A stretch of DNA of 64,000 nucleotides from Chloroflexota bacterium. GTDB taxonomy: Bacteria; Chloroflexota; Dehalococcoidia; UBA2979. The position numbers and the translations under genes are program-made. Of this stretch, positions 9,743 to 17,686 are shown piece by piece. The stretch is from positions 52,983-116,982 of the forward strand of contig JAQCIU010000007.1 of assembly GCA_027593235.1 (NCBI GenBank), in the 5' to 3' direction. Within the stretch, counting starts at the first letter, position 1, and the number at the start of each line of letters is the position of its first letter. The notes under the pieces are model-generated. The model was not told the DNA's origin. It worked only from the letters and a program-made list of their open reading frames with translations, and ran no database searches.

Positions 9743-10393
9743 GAGGGAGCGGATGGCGGTGACGACGCGGCCCTGGACCTCGATGTTGTCGGCGCCGGTG
9801 TAGATCGGGGCCATCGTCGAGTTCATTGGCTGGAGGCGGACGCGATCACCTTCGTGGAAGAACTTCTTGAGGGTGGTCTCATTCTCCGCCTTGAGCCAGA
9901 CGGCGACCATCTCGCCGTCGTCGCAACTCTGGGTCGGCTCGAGAACCACGATGTCGCCATCGTTGATCAGCGCATCGATCATCGAGTTGCCCTCGACACG
10001 GAGCGCGAACACGTTGCTGCGGCCGCCGGTCTGCTCTTCGGTGAGTTCGATCGTCTCCATGGCGGTCTCCGCCGTGGCCGAATCCGGGGGCGTCGGGATC
10101 GGGATCCCGGCCGCGATCTTGCCGAGGAGCGGCACGGGGATCGTGCGGCGACGGCTGCCGTTGGTGCCACCGAGGAGTTCAATCGCTCGCGAGACCTCGC
10201 GGTCGCGGCGGATGAAGCCCTTCTCTTCGAGCCGTTTCAGGTTGTAGTCCACCACCGAGGTGGAGGAGATGTCACAGCCGGACTGGATGTCGCGAATGGA
10301 CGGCGGATAGTCGTGATCTGAGATGAAGGCTTCGAGGAAGCGCAGGATCCCCTGCTGCTTGCTCGACAGTTCCTCGAATTGCGGATCAGCCAC
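9740..10393 (-). CDS. lexA: SOS repressor LexA
   Basis: YPPSIRDI HTH, IAAG cleavage site, GNSMID (Ser), TLKK (Lys); GTG start at 10393 with GAGGAG RBS. Confidence 0.95.
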   Translation of the reverse strand: MADPQFEELSSKQQGILRFLEAFISDHDYPPSIRDIQSGCDISSTSVVDYNLKRLEEKGFIRRDREVSRAIELLGGTNGSRRRTIPVPLLGKIAAGIPIPTPPDSATAETAMETIELTEEQTGGRSNVFALRVEGNSMIDALINDGDIVVLEPTQSCDDGEMVAVWLKAENETTLKKFFHEGDRVRLQPMNSTMAPIYTGADNIEVQGRVVTAIRSL

Positions 10394-10524
10394 GGTTATC
10401 TCCTCTGCCCTCCGGCCGGCTCCACGCTGAGAGCACGACAACCGAGGAACGTTGCGCCCCACCGCGCGTGTCCCGGATCCGCCAATCGGTCCGCGGCCAC
10501 TGACCACGGTAGCCGGCGGCTCCG

Positions 10525-10554
10525 GCACATATGTTCTGTTCCGAACAAACGTAC
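10525..10554. promoter_or_regulatory. Two near-consensus LexA (GAAC-N4-GTTC type) boxes upstream of lexA
   Basis: GCAC-ATAT-GTTC (10525-10536) and GAAC-AAAC-GTAC (10543-10554), each one mismatch from the Gram-positive/Chloroflexi box. Confidence 0.7.
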
Positions 10555-10725
10555 CGCCCGTCCCGAAACACGTCAACAACGCCAGCGGTAGCCGCGCGCC
10601 GCGGCCCGCGCGGTAGGATCCGCTCGCTGCGCGGCCGCACCCGACCGACCGCGACCGACGGGGCGCGATACGGAACAGCGGCGGACCGCGCCACGAGCGA
10701 ACATGGGACAAGGCGAGGAGCACGG

Positions 10726-11478
10726 ATGGCGGCCGGACTCGAGGATCTGTTTGGGCGCGAGGCTCCCGGTGAGCCAGACGAGGCGGCCGGCGAGCTGCGC
10801 CGCGCACTCGTGGTTGCCGCGCACCCGGACGACGCCGACTTCGGCGCGGCCGGCACCGCCCACCTGCTGGCGCAGGCCGGCTGGGAGGTGCGCTACGTCG
10901 TCGCGACCGACGGCTCGAAAGGGTCGGACGATCCGGCGCTGACGCCCGATCAGCTCGTGACGATGCGCGCCCAGGAGCAACGCGATGCGGCGGTGCTGCT
11001 CGGCGTGCAGAGCGTCGGGTTCCTCGGGTTCACCGACGGGGAGCTGGTGCGCGATCTCGTGCTGCTCGAGGCGGTGGTGCGCGAGATTCGCGCGTTCAAA
11101 CCGTTCGCGGTCTACACGCACGATCCGGAGCCGGTGATCATTCGCAACGGGTTCGTGAACCACAGCGATCACCGGGCGACCGGGCTCGCCACCGTTGACG
11201 CGGTCTATCCGGCGGCGCGCGATCGGCTCAACTTCCCGCAGCACCTCGCGGAGGGGCTGACGCCGCACAAGGTGCGCGAGCTCTACCTCTGGGGCGCGAA
11301 TGAGCCCAACTTCGAGGTGGACATCACCGACGTCGTCGACGTGAAGATCGCGTCCCTCGTCGCCCACGACAGCCAGTTCGACGTGAACGACGAGTTCCTC
11401 GCGGCGATGCGCACGTACTGGAGCAACGCCGACGGGCGCTACGTCGAGGAGTTCCGCCGCATCACCCTCTTCCGCTGA
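10726..11478 (+). CDS. PIG-L/LmbE family deacetylase
   Basis: AHPDDADFG, TDGSKG, HSDH motifs; GAGGAG RBS. Confidence 0.88.
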   Translation: MAAGLEDLFGREAPGEPDEAAGELRRALVVAAHPDDADFGAAGTAHLLAQAGWEVRYVVATDGSKGSDDPALTPDQLVTMRAQEQRDAAVLLGVQSVGFLGFTDGELVRDLVLLEAVVREIRAFKPFAVYTHDPEPVIIRNGFVNHSDHRATGLATVDAVYPAARDRLNFPQHLAEGLTPHKVRELYLWGANEPNFEVDITDVVDVKIASLVAHDSQFDVNDEFLAAMRTYWSNADGRYVEEFRRITLFR

Positions 11479-11580
11479 GCCTTCGGCTCCTTGGCCACGA
11501 TCTTGCGGTGCTGGTGGCGGTCGGTCGGGGCGTTGGGTACTGGGCCCGGTCGTTCGAGGGCCGGTCGTTCAAGGGCGGGC
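11476..11580 (+). repeat. REP-like element starting at the stop codon
   Basis: TGAGCCTTCGGCTC hairpin; TTGGGTACTGGGC shared with the reverse complement at about 13439-13451; CCGGTCGTT twice. Confidence 0.55.
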
Positions 11581-11594
11581 GCGGGGGAAGGTAG

Positions 11595-12143
11595 GTGGGG
11601 GTTGTGGCGACGGTGACACCGGCCTTCTGTCCGCGTTGCGGTGGGGCGATCCCGGAAGCGGCCGCGGGTGATCGACCGACCTGCCCCGCCTGCGGTTACG
11701 TCTCCTACGCCGATCCGAAGGTCGCGACCGGCGTGCTAGTGTCGCGACCCGCGAGGGCGCCCGCCACTCTCGATCACACCGGCGGCGCCGGCCTCGAGCT
11801 GCTGCTGGTGCGGCGCAATCACGAGCCGGCCCTCGGGCGCTGGGCCTTTCCCTCGGGGTTTGTCGACGCCGGCGAGGTGGTCGAGGAGGCGGCGGCACGG
11901 GAGGTGCGCGAGGAGACGAACGTCGAGGTGCAGCTCGACGGGCTGATCGGCGTCTATTCGGAGGCCGGCAATCCCGTGGTCTTCATCGCCTTCGCCGGTA
12001 CCCACGTCGCCGGGGAGGCGGTCGCCGGTGACGAGGCGTTCGAGGTCGCCTGGTTCAGCCCCGACGCGCTACCCGATCTGGCGTTCCCTCACGACGGTCG
12101 AGTCCTCGAGGATTGGCGCGCCAGCTTCGCTCCAGAGCTGTGA
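11595..12143 (+). CDS. NUDIX hydrolase with N-terminal zinc ribbon
   Basis: CPRCG...CPACG; Nudix box GFVDAGEVVEEAAAREVREE; start uncertain. Confidence 0.88.
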   Translation: MGVVATVTPAFCPRCGGAIPEAAAGDRPTCPACGYVSYADPKVATGVLVSRPARAPATLDHTGGAGLELLLVRRNHEPALGRWAFPSGFVDAGEVVEEAAAREVREETNVEVQLDGLIGVYSEAGNPVVFIAFAGTHVAGEAVAGDEAFEVAWFSPDALPDLAFPHDGRVLEDWRASFAPEL

Positions 12144-12278
12144 CGAACGTTCGGACCAGTCAGGAACGACTGGCGAAACGACGCTGATCCAGAATGGGCA
12201 TCGGGTTATGCTCGGGCGCGAATCCCAACCCGCAATTCGCTGATGCACGCTGAATGATCTGGACCGAGGAGCTTCCCC

Positions 12279-12614
12279 ATGAAAGTCACGCTCACCCTGA
12301 CCGAACGCGGCGCCGATCACCACGAGCAGGTACGCGCGCTGCTGCGCGAGGCGCTCGACGATTCGGGCCTGCAGGAGGTCCAGGTCGAAGAGACGACGAT
12401 CCGCGACGATGAGGACGCGATCAAGATCAAGTGCCTCGGCTCGCCGACGATCCGGATCAACGGGTTCGACGTGGAGTACCAGGAGCGCGAGCCGGACGAG
12501 ACGACCGCGGGCGTGCGCTACTACAACACGCCGGCCGGCTGGAAGTCGGTCCCCGAGAAGGGGATCATCCTGCGCGCCATCGACAAGGCAATAGAGGCCG
12601 AAGCCGCCTCCTAG
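12279..12614 (+). CDS. Small thioredoxin-like protein (DUF2703-like)
   Basis: GSPTIRINGFD motif; GAGGAG RBS; no CxxC. Confidence 0.65.
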   Translation: MKVTLTLTERGADHHEQVRALLREALDDSGLQEVQVEETTIRDDEDAIKIKCLGSPTIRINGFDVEYQEREPDETTAGVRYYNTPAGWKSVPEKGIILRAIDKAIEAEAAS

Positions 12615-12829
12615 CCCCTTCGGGGCTCGACGGTGCTTCGCCAGGTCACTCGGCCCCTTCGGGGCTCGACGGTGCTTCGCCAGGTCACTCGGCCCCTTCG
12701 GGGCTCGACGGTGCTTCGCCGGGTCGTTCGAGGCGGGGTGCCGCGCTTCGCGGGGCCACTTCGTGGCTCGACGGTGCTTCGCCAGGTCACTCGAGGCGGG
12801 GTGCCCCGCTTCGCGGGTGCCCTTCGGGA
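12614..12829 (+). repeat. Tandem array of a 39-bp palindromic unit (4 copies) with a 24-bp insert (2 copies)
   Basis: GCCCCTTCGGGGCTCGACGGTGCTTCGCCAGGTCACTCG at 12614 and 12653, variants at 12692 and 12755. Confidence 0.92.
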
Positions 12830-12883
12830 GTCGGCGGTCGATTGAGGCCACGGGGCCGGGCTGCAGCGGTTACGATCGTGGTG

Positions 12884-13393
12884 ATGACCAACGACGATCA
12901 GCACACGCCAGATCCGCCGCTGGGCGGCACGCCGCCGGATGCGCGGACCTCGTTCCGGTCGGCGCTGCGCGGGTTGCTCCGCGCGGCTTCCGAGGTGGCG
13001 GAGACCGGCGTCGAGGAAGCACGCAAGCTCGCCGAGGCCGCGCGGCCAGAGGTGGAGCGCCGCGCCCGACAGGCGAAAGCCGCCGCAGAGGCCGCCCGTC
13101 CGCACATCGAGGGCAAGGCGCGCGAAGCGACGGACTACGTCCGCGATCACCAGGACGACATCGTGCGCGCCTCGAAGCGGGGGGCGGAGGTCGCTGCTTC
13201 GACGGCGGCGCACGCGGTGACGCCTCGGCCGCTGCGACCGGCGATCGACGCGATGAGCCGCGAGCTGCGCGGCTCGGCAAAGCCGCGGTCAGCCGATTCC
13301 GACGCCGCGCAGCCCTCGACCGCGCCTGACGCGCCCGAGTCCGCCGCTCCCGAGACGAGCGACTCCGAGCCCACAGACATACCGACGGCGTAG
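12884..13393 (+). CDS. Hypothetical helical protein
   Basis: Ala/Glu/Arg-rich amphipathic sequence with GC3-biased codons; start ATG 12884. Confidence 0.55.
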   Translation: MTNDDQHTPDPPLGGTPPDARTSFRSALRGLLRAASEVAETGVEEARKLAEAARPEVERRARQAKAAAEAARPHIEGKAREATDYVRDHQDDIVRASKRGAEVAASTAAHAVTPRPLRPAIDAMSRELRGSAKPRSADSDAAQPSTAPDAPESAAPETSDSEPTDIPTA

Positions 13394-13476
13394 CCGGGCC
13401 CCTCCCCGCAACTGATTGCGGGCTGATCAGCGACCGACGCCCAGTACCCAATACCCGCTCGACAGGCGCGAAGCGC

Positions 13477-14778
13477 TCAAGAAGGGGTCGAAGACCCCGA
13501 AGACATCCCCGCGCGGGCGGCGGCTTCGCGGAAGGTGGGGCGGCGCATCAGGATGGCGGCGGCGGTCCAGAGCAGGGCCGCCAGCACGAAGCCACCGGTG
13601 TAGAGGCCGAACGGGATCGAGTACGAATCGGTCAGATCGAACAGGAACGCGCCGGCGAGCGGGCCGGCTACCTGCCCGCCGAAACTGATCATCGAGACGA
13701 GCCCGCTCACCGCCCCGTAGTGGCGCACGCCGAAGGCGCGGGTGATCAGCAACGGCTCGATCATCGGCGCGAACGCGCCGCCGAGGCCCCAGAACGCCAC
13801 CCAGGTCAGGATGCCGCCAGTCCCCGTGCTGGCCACTAGCGCCCCCGTCGCGATCGCCTGCGCGATCGCCACCGCCACGCCGAGGGCAAAGACTCGATCG
13901 ACGCGGTACAGGACCAGGCTGAGCGGCGGCCGTGCCACCGTCCGGATCAGCGCCGTCGCCGCGAGCAGAGCGGCGCCCGATGAGACCTTGTGGCTGTTGA
14001 AGAAGTCGACGATCAGGTTGTTGACGGAGCCCTGGCCCAGGAAGAACAGCAGCATCCCCAGCGCGACGAGCCAGAACACCACCGACCGCAGCGCCTCGCG
14101 CGAACTGAACCCCCACTCGACGACGTCGATGTCCTCCTCGCCGACCGAGCCAACCGGGCGCAGCCCGAGGTCACGCGGGCGATCCGCGACGATCAGCAGC
14201 GCGACGATGCCGTGCAGCACGAGGATCGCGACACCACTGGTGAACATCACCTGCTGCCAGCCGGAGATGCTCTCAACCCAGGCAAAGATCGGGAGCACGA
14301 CCGCCCCGCCCATACCGAAGCCGGTCGTGGCGAGGCCCAGCGAGGTCTGGCGCGGACGGCCCTCGAACCAGCGGGTGATCAGCCAGTTGTACGGAATTGG
14401 CATCAGGAACGGCCGGGCGAGGCTGACCGCGATCCAGCCCAGGTAGAACTGCCAGAGATTCGTCGAGAACGACGTCGCAATGAACGCGGCCGGCATCGCG
14501 AGACTGCCGATCAACAGCACGCGCCGCGCCCCGTTGCGATCGATGTACCCGCCGATCCACGGCCCGATCAGCGCGAACAGCACCTGTCCGACCGTGAACG
14601 CCCCGACCACCGCAGTCCGGCTCACGTCGAAGTCCTTCGGGATCGAGGTGATGTAGAGCGCGACGACCCAGAACGTGCCGCCCGCGGTCACGCTGTTCGT
14701 CAGGATTGCGGCGACGACGATCACCCACCCGTAGTGGACGGGCGATCGCTGCGCGAGCGCTCTCATCAGCGGAGCCAC
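13477..14778 (-). CDS. MFS transporter (OFA/MCT-like)
   Basis: HYGWVIV start, GGYIDRNGAR, FGVRHYGAVSG, GPLAGAFLFD. Confidence 0.88.
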   Translation of the reverse strand: MAPLMRALAQRSPVHYGWVIVVAAILTNSVTAGGTFWVVALYITSIPKDFDVSRTAVVGAFTVGQVLFALIGPWIGGYIDRNGARRVLLIGSLAMPAAFIATSFSTNLWQFYLGWIAVSLARPFLMPIPYNWLITRWFEGRPRQTSLGLATTGFGMGGAVVLPIFAWVESISGWQQVMFTSGVAILVLHGIVALLIVADRPRDLGLRPVGSVGEEDIDVVEWGFSSREALRSVVFWLVALGMLLFFLGQGSVNNLIVDFFNSHKVSSGAALLAATALIRTVARPPLSLVLYRVDRVFALGVAVAIAQAIATGALVASTGTGGILTWVAFWGLGGAFAPMIEPLLITRAFGVRHYGAVSGLVSMISFGGQVAGPLAGAFLFDLTDSYSIPFGLYTGGFVLAALLWTAAAILMRRPTFREAAARAGMSSGSSTPS

Positions 14779-14967
14779 CTGCCGGTCGGGTACTCGATGG
14801 GGTGCTCGGGGGAACGATCACGATAGGCGCGCATCGAAGCACGAACCATTACCGAGCCTTGAACTTCATCACCCCTGCAATCGACTCGTTCGCCCGGCCC
14901 AACGCCTCTGGTATCGTGCGCCGGGCGCGACCAGCGCTCGCAGCGAGATCACAATGGGGGACTTCCG

Positions 14968-16038
14968 ATGAAGGTAGCGATCAGCCTCGGGCGCGAAGCG
15001 ATCACCGACTGGGACGCGGTGTCCACCTACGCGATCGAGGGCGAGAAGCTCGGCGTCGACTGCATCTGGACCGCCGAGGCCTGGGCGCACGACGTGATGA
15101 CACCGCTCGCCTACCTCGCGGCAAAGACCGAGAAGATCCACCTCGGTACCAGCATCATGCAGATTGGCACGCGCACGCCCTCGCTGGTGGCGATGACGGC
15201 GATGGCGCTCGACGGCATGTCGAACGGGCGCTTCCGGCTCGGCGTCGGCAGCAGCGGCCCGCAGGTGATCGAGGGCTGGCACGGCATCCCCTTCGCGAAG
15301 CCGCTGCAGCGGACGCGCGAGGTGATCGAGATCGTCCAGCGGATCTTCAACGGCGAGAAGCTGAGCTGCGACGGGGAGTTCTACCAGCTCCCGCTGCGCG
15401 ACGGCGGATCCGGCGAGGGCAAAGCGCTGATCCCGGGCGCGCCGTCACCCAAGAACGTTCCGATCTACATCGCGTCGCTGGGCCCGAAGAACCTGCGCAT
15501 GACCGGCGAGTTGGCCAACGGCTGGTTGGGCACCTCGTTCCTCCCCGAGCACGCGAGCCTCTTCCTCGACCCGATCCGCGAGGGCGCCGAGGCGCACGGC
15601 CGCCGCTTCGAGGACATGGACATCCAGGTCGGCGGCACCGTCTGGTTCACGGACGACATCGACGCCGCCGCGCAGGCGCTCAAGCCGGGGCTCGCGTTCC
15701 AGTTGGGCGCGATGGGTTCGAAGGCCCACAACTTCTACAACGACGCCTACCGCCGCCAGGGCTGGGCGGACGAAGCGCTCGAGATCCAGCGGCTCTGGCT
15801 TTCCGGCGAACGTGACGCCGCCCGCGCGCGCGTCCCCGACGAGATGGTGCTCAGCGGCAACCTGATCGGTGACGAGGACACGATCCGCGAGCGCCTCCGC
15901 GCCTACCGCGACGTCGGCATCACCACCTTCCGCGCCGGACCGCGCGGCACGGACATGGCGGAGCGCCTCGAAACGCTCGGCCGCTTCATGGACATCGTGG
16001 CGCAGGTCAGCGCGGAACCCGTCGGCGCCGCGAGGTAA
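14968..16038 (+). CDS. LLM-class (probably F420-dependent) oxidoreductase
   Basis: WTAEAWAHD, GRFRLGVGSSGPQVIEGWHG, LGPKNLRMTGELANGW. Confidence 0.9.
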   Translation: MKVAISLGREAITDWDAVSTYAIEGEKLGVDCIWTAEAWAHDVMTPLAYLAAKTEKIHLGTSIMQIGTRTPSLVAMTAMALDGMSNGRFRLGVGSSGPQVIEGWHGIPFAKPLQRTREVIEIVQRIFNGEKLSCDGEFYQLPLRDGGSGEGKALIPGAPSPKNVPIYIASLGPKNLRMTGELANGWLGTSFLPEHASLFLDPIREGAEAHGRRFEDMDIQVGGTVWFTDDIDAAAQALKPGLAFQLGAMGSKAHNFYNDAYRRQGWADEALEIQRLWLSGERDAARARVPDEMVLSGNLIGDEDTIRERLRAYRDVGITTFRAGPRGTDMAERLETLGRFMDIVAQVSAEPVGAAR

Positions 16039-16103
16039 CGCGAGCGTCACCTTCCCACCGAGGGATCAGCAGCCGTCCACACCCCGTGTCGAGGCGCGAA
16101 GCG

Positions 16104-17381
16104 TCAGGAGGGGGTCGAAGACCCCGAAGACCCCTCGCGGCCGAGGGTGAGGCCGAGGACGTTGGACAGCTCGATGAGTGAGGGGATCGCGGTTTCGCCA
16201 CCGACCTGACCGCTCTCGATCTCTTGCGCGAGCTGGATCAGAGCGCGGATCGCGCCCGGGGTATCGAGGTCGTTGTCCATCGCGTCCATGAATGCGTTGC
16301 GGAACGGCTCGGCGCGCAACGCGCCATCGCCGGCGGCAGCGGTTCGCTCCGACGCGCGCAGCAGCAGTGCCGCGTTCTCCTCTTGCGAGGCAAGCGCGTC
16401 TTCCGAGAAGTCGCGATCGGCGCGGTAGTGCACGCTCAGCAGCAGCAGCCGGATCGCGTCGGGCGTGTGCCCGGCGCCCAGCAACTCGCTCACCTTCACC
16501 AGGTTGCCCAGCGACTTCGACATCTTCACGCCATCGAGGCCCATCGTCCCGTTGTGCACCCAGTAGCGGACGTACGGACCGGTCCCGGTGAAGCACTCGC
16601 TCTGCACGATCTCGCTGTCGTGGTGCGGGAACGCGAGGTCGCGCCCGCCGCCGTGAATATCGATCTGATCGCCGAGCGCCGTCCGCGCCATCGCCGAACA
16701 CTCGATGTGCCAGCCGGGGCGGCCCGGTCCCCAGGGCGAATCGAAGGTGGCGCCCGGATCGTTCGAGGGCTGCCAGACCAGGAAGTCGAGGGGATCGCGC
16801 TTCAGGTGATCCGGCTCGTTCGGCATCGTGTCCGTACGCGGCCCGGTTCGCAGTTCCTCTTGCGTACGCCCGGAGAGACGACCGAAGTGCGGCGTGCCGG
16901 ACCGATCGAAGAAGACGTAGCCGTCGACCTCGTAGGCGTGACCCGAGGCGACGAGCGACGAAACCATCTCGATGATCTGGGGGATGTGCTCGGAGACGCG
17001 CGGGAACGCGTCCGGGCGCTGCACGGCAAGCGCGTCCATCTCCTCCAGGTAGATGCGGTGGTTCAGATCGGTCAGCCCGGCGATCGTGATGCCGAGTTCC
17101 CTGGATTTGCGGACCATGTCGTCGTCGATGTCCGTGATGTTCTGGATGTGATGGACGGTGTAGGCGTTGAACTCCAGCCAACGCCGGAGCGTGTCCTGGA
17201 CCACGTAGACGAGTGCATGACCGAGGTGCCCCACGTCGTACGGGGTGACGCCGCAGACGTACATCTTGACGACGCCTGGCTCCAGCGGCTCGAACGGCTC
17301 CAGCTCACGGGAGAGCGTGTTGTAGAGGTGAAACCCACCGTGTGGGCGCGGTTGCAGGTCGTCACGCGGGGGTTGCAGCAG
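16104..17381 (-). CDS. CysRS paralog lacking the anticodon-binding domain; MshC-like cysteine ligase
   Basis: YVCGVTPYDVGHLGH, GRPGWHIECSAM, GGGRDLAFPHH, KMSKSLGN; ends NVLGLTL plus a short tail. Conserved LYNTLSR lies upstream of the first ATG (17264); CTG start at 17381 proposed. Confidence 0.8.
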   Translation of the reverse strand: MLQPPRDDLQPRPHGGFHLYNTLSRELEPFEPLEPGVVKMYVCGVTPYDVGHLGHALVYVVQDTLRRWLEFNAYTVHHIQNITDIDDDMVRKSRELGITIAGLTDLNHRIYLEEMDALAVQRPDAFPRVSEHIPQIIEMVSSLVASGHAYEVDGYVFFDRSGTPHFGRLSGRTQEELRTGPRTDTMPNEPDHLKRDPLDFLVWQPSNDPGATFDSPWGPGRPGWHIECSAMARTALGDQIDIHGGGRDLAFPHHDSEIVQSECFTGTGPYVRYWVHNGTMGLDGVKMSKSLGNLVKVSELLGAGHTPDAIRLLLLSVHYRADRDFSEDALASQEENAALLLRASERTAAAGDGALRAEPFRNAFMDAMDNDLDTPGAIRALIQLAQEIESGQVGGETAIPSLIELSNVLGLTLGREGSSGSSTPS

Positions 17382-17686
17382 GGGTCTACTCCTCGTTCGC
17401 CGGCCAGCGGCGCCCGCACCGATCCATGCCTCGCTCCGGAGGAAGGCGGGCGGACCGAAATCGTAGCACGCAGGCGGACCCTGCTGGCCCCGCGATCAAC
17501 CAGCGATCATCGGCCGATCACGGGGCCAGCGAGACGGCTGACGAGACCGCCAAACCGCCGAGCAGCGCCGCGCGGGCAGGGCCGCAACACAGCGTCGAGG
17601 CGGTCGAATCAGGAGTCGCGTAGACTGCCCCAACGGTCGATCTCAGACCGCCGTCCCCACCTCTGTCGCTGCCACGGGAGTCCGAG

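Noticed and set aside
12614-12829. CRISPR array
   Set aside because: Units are contiguous with no unique spacers, and no cas genes are present.
17329-17367. TGA followed by GGTTGCAGGTC on the + strand, resembling the E. coli fdhF SECIS
   Set aside because: It is antisense to the MshC-like gene, the stem does not close properly, and no credible + strand CDS exists there.
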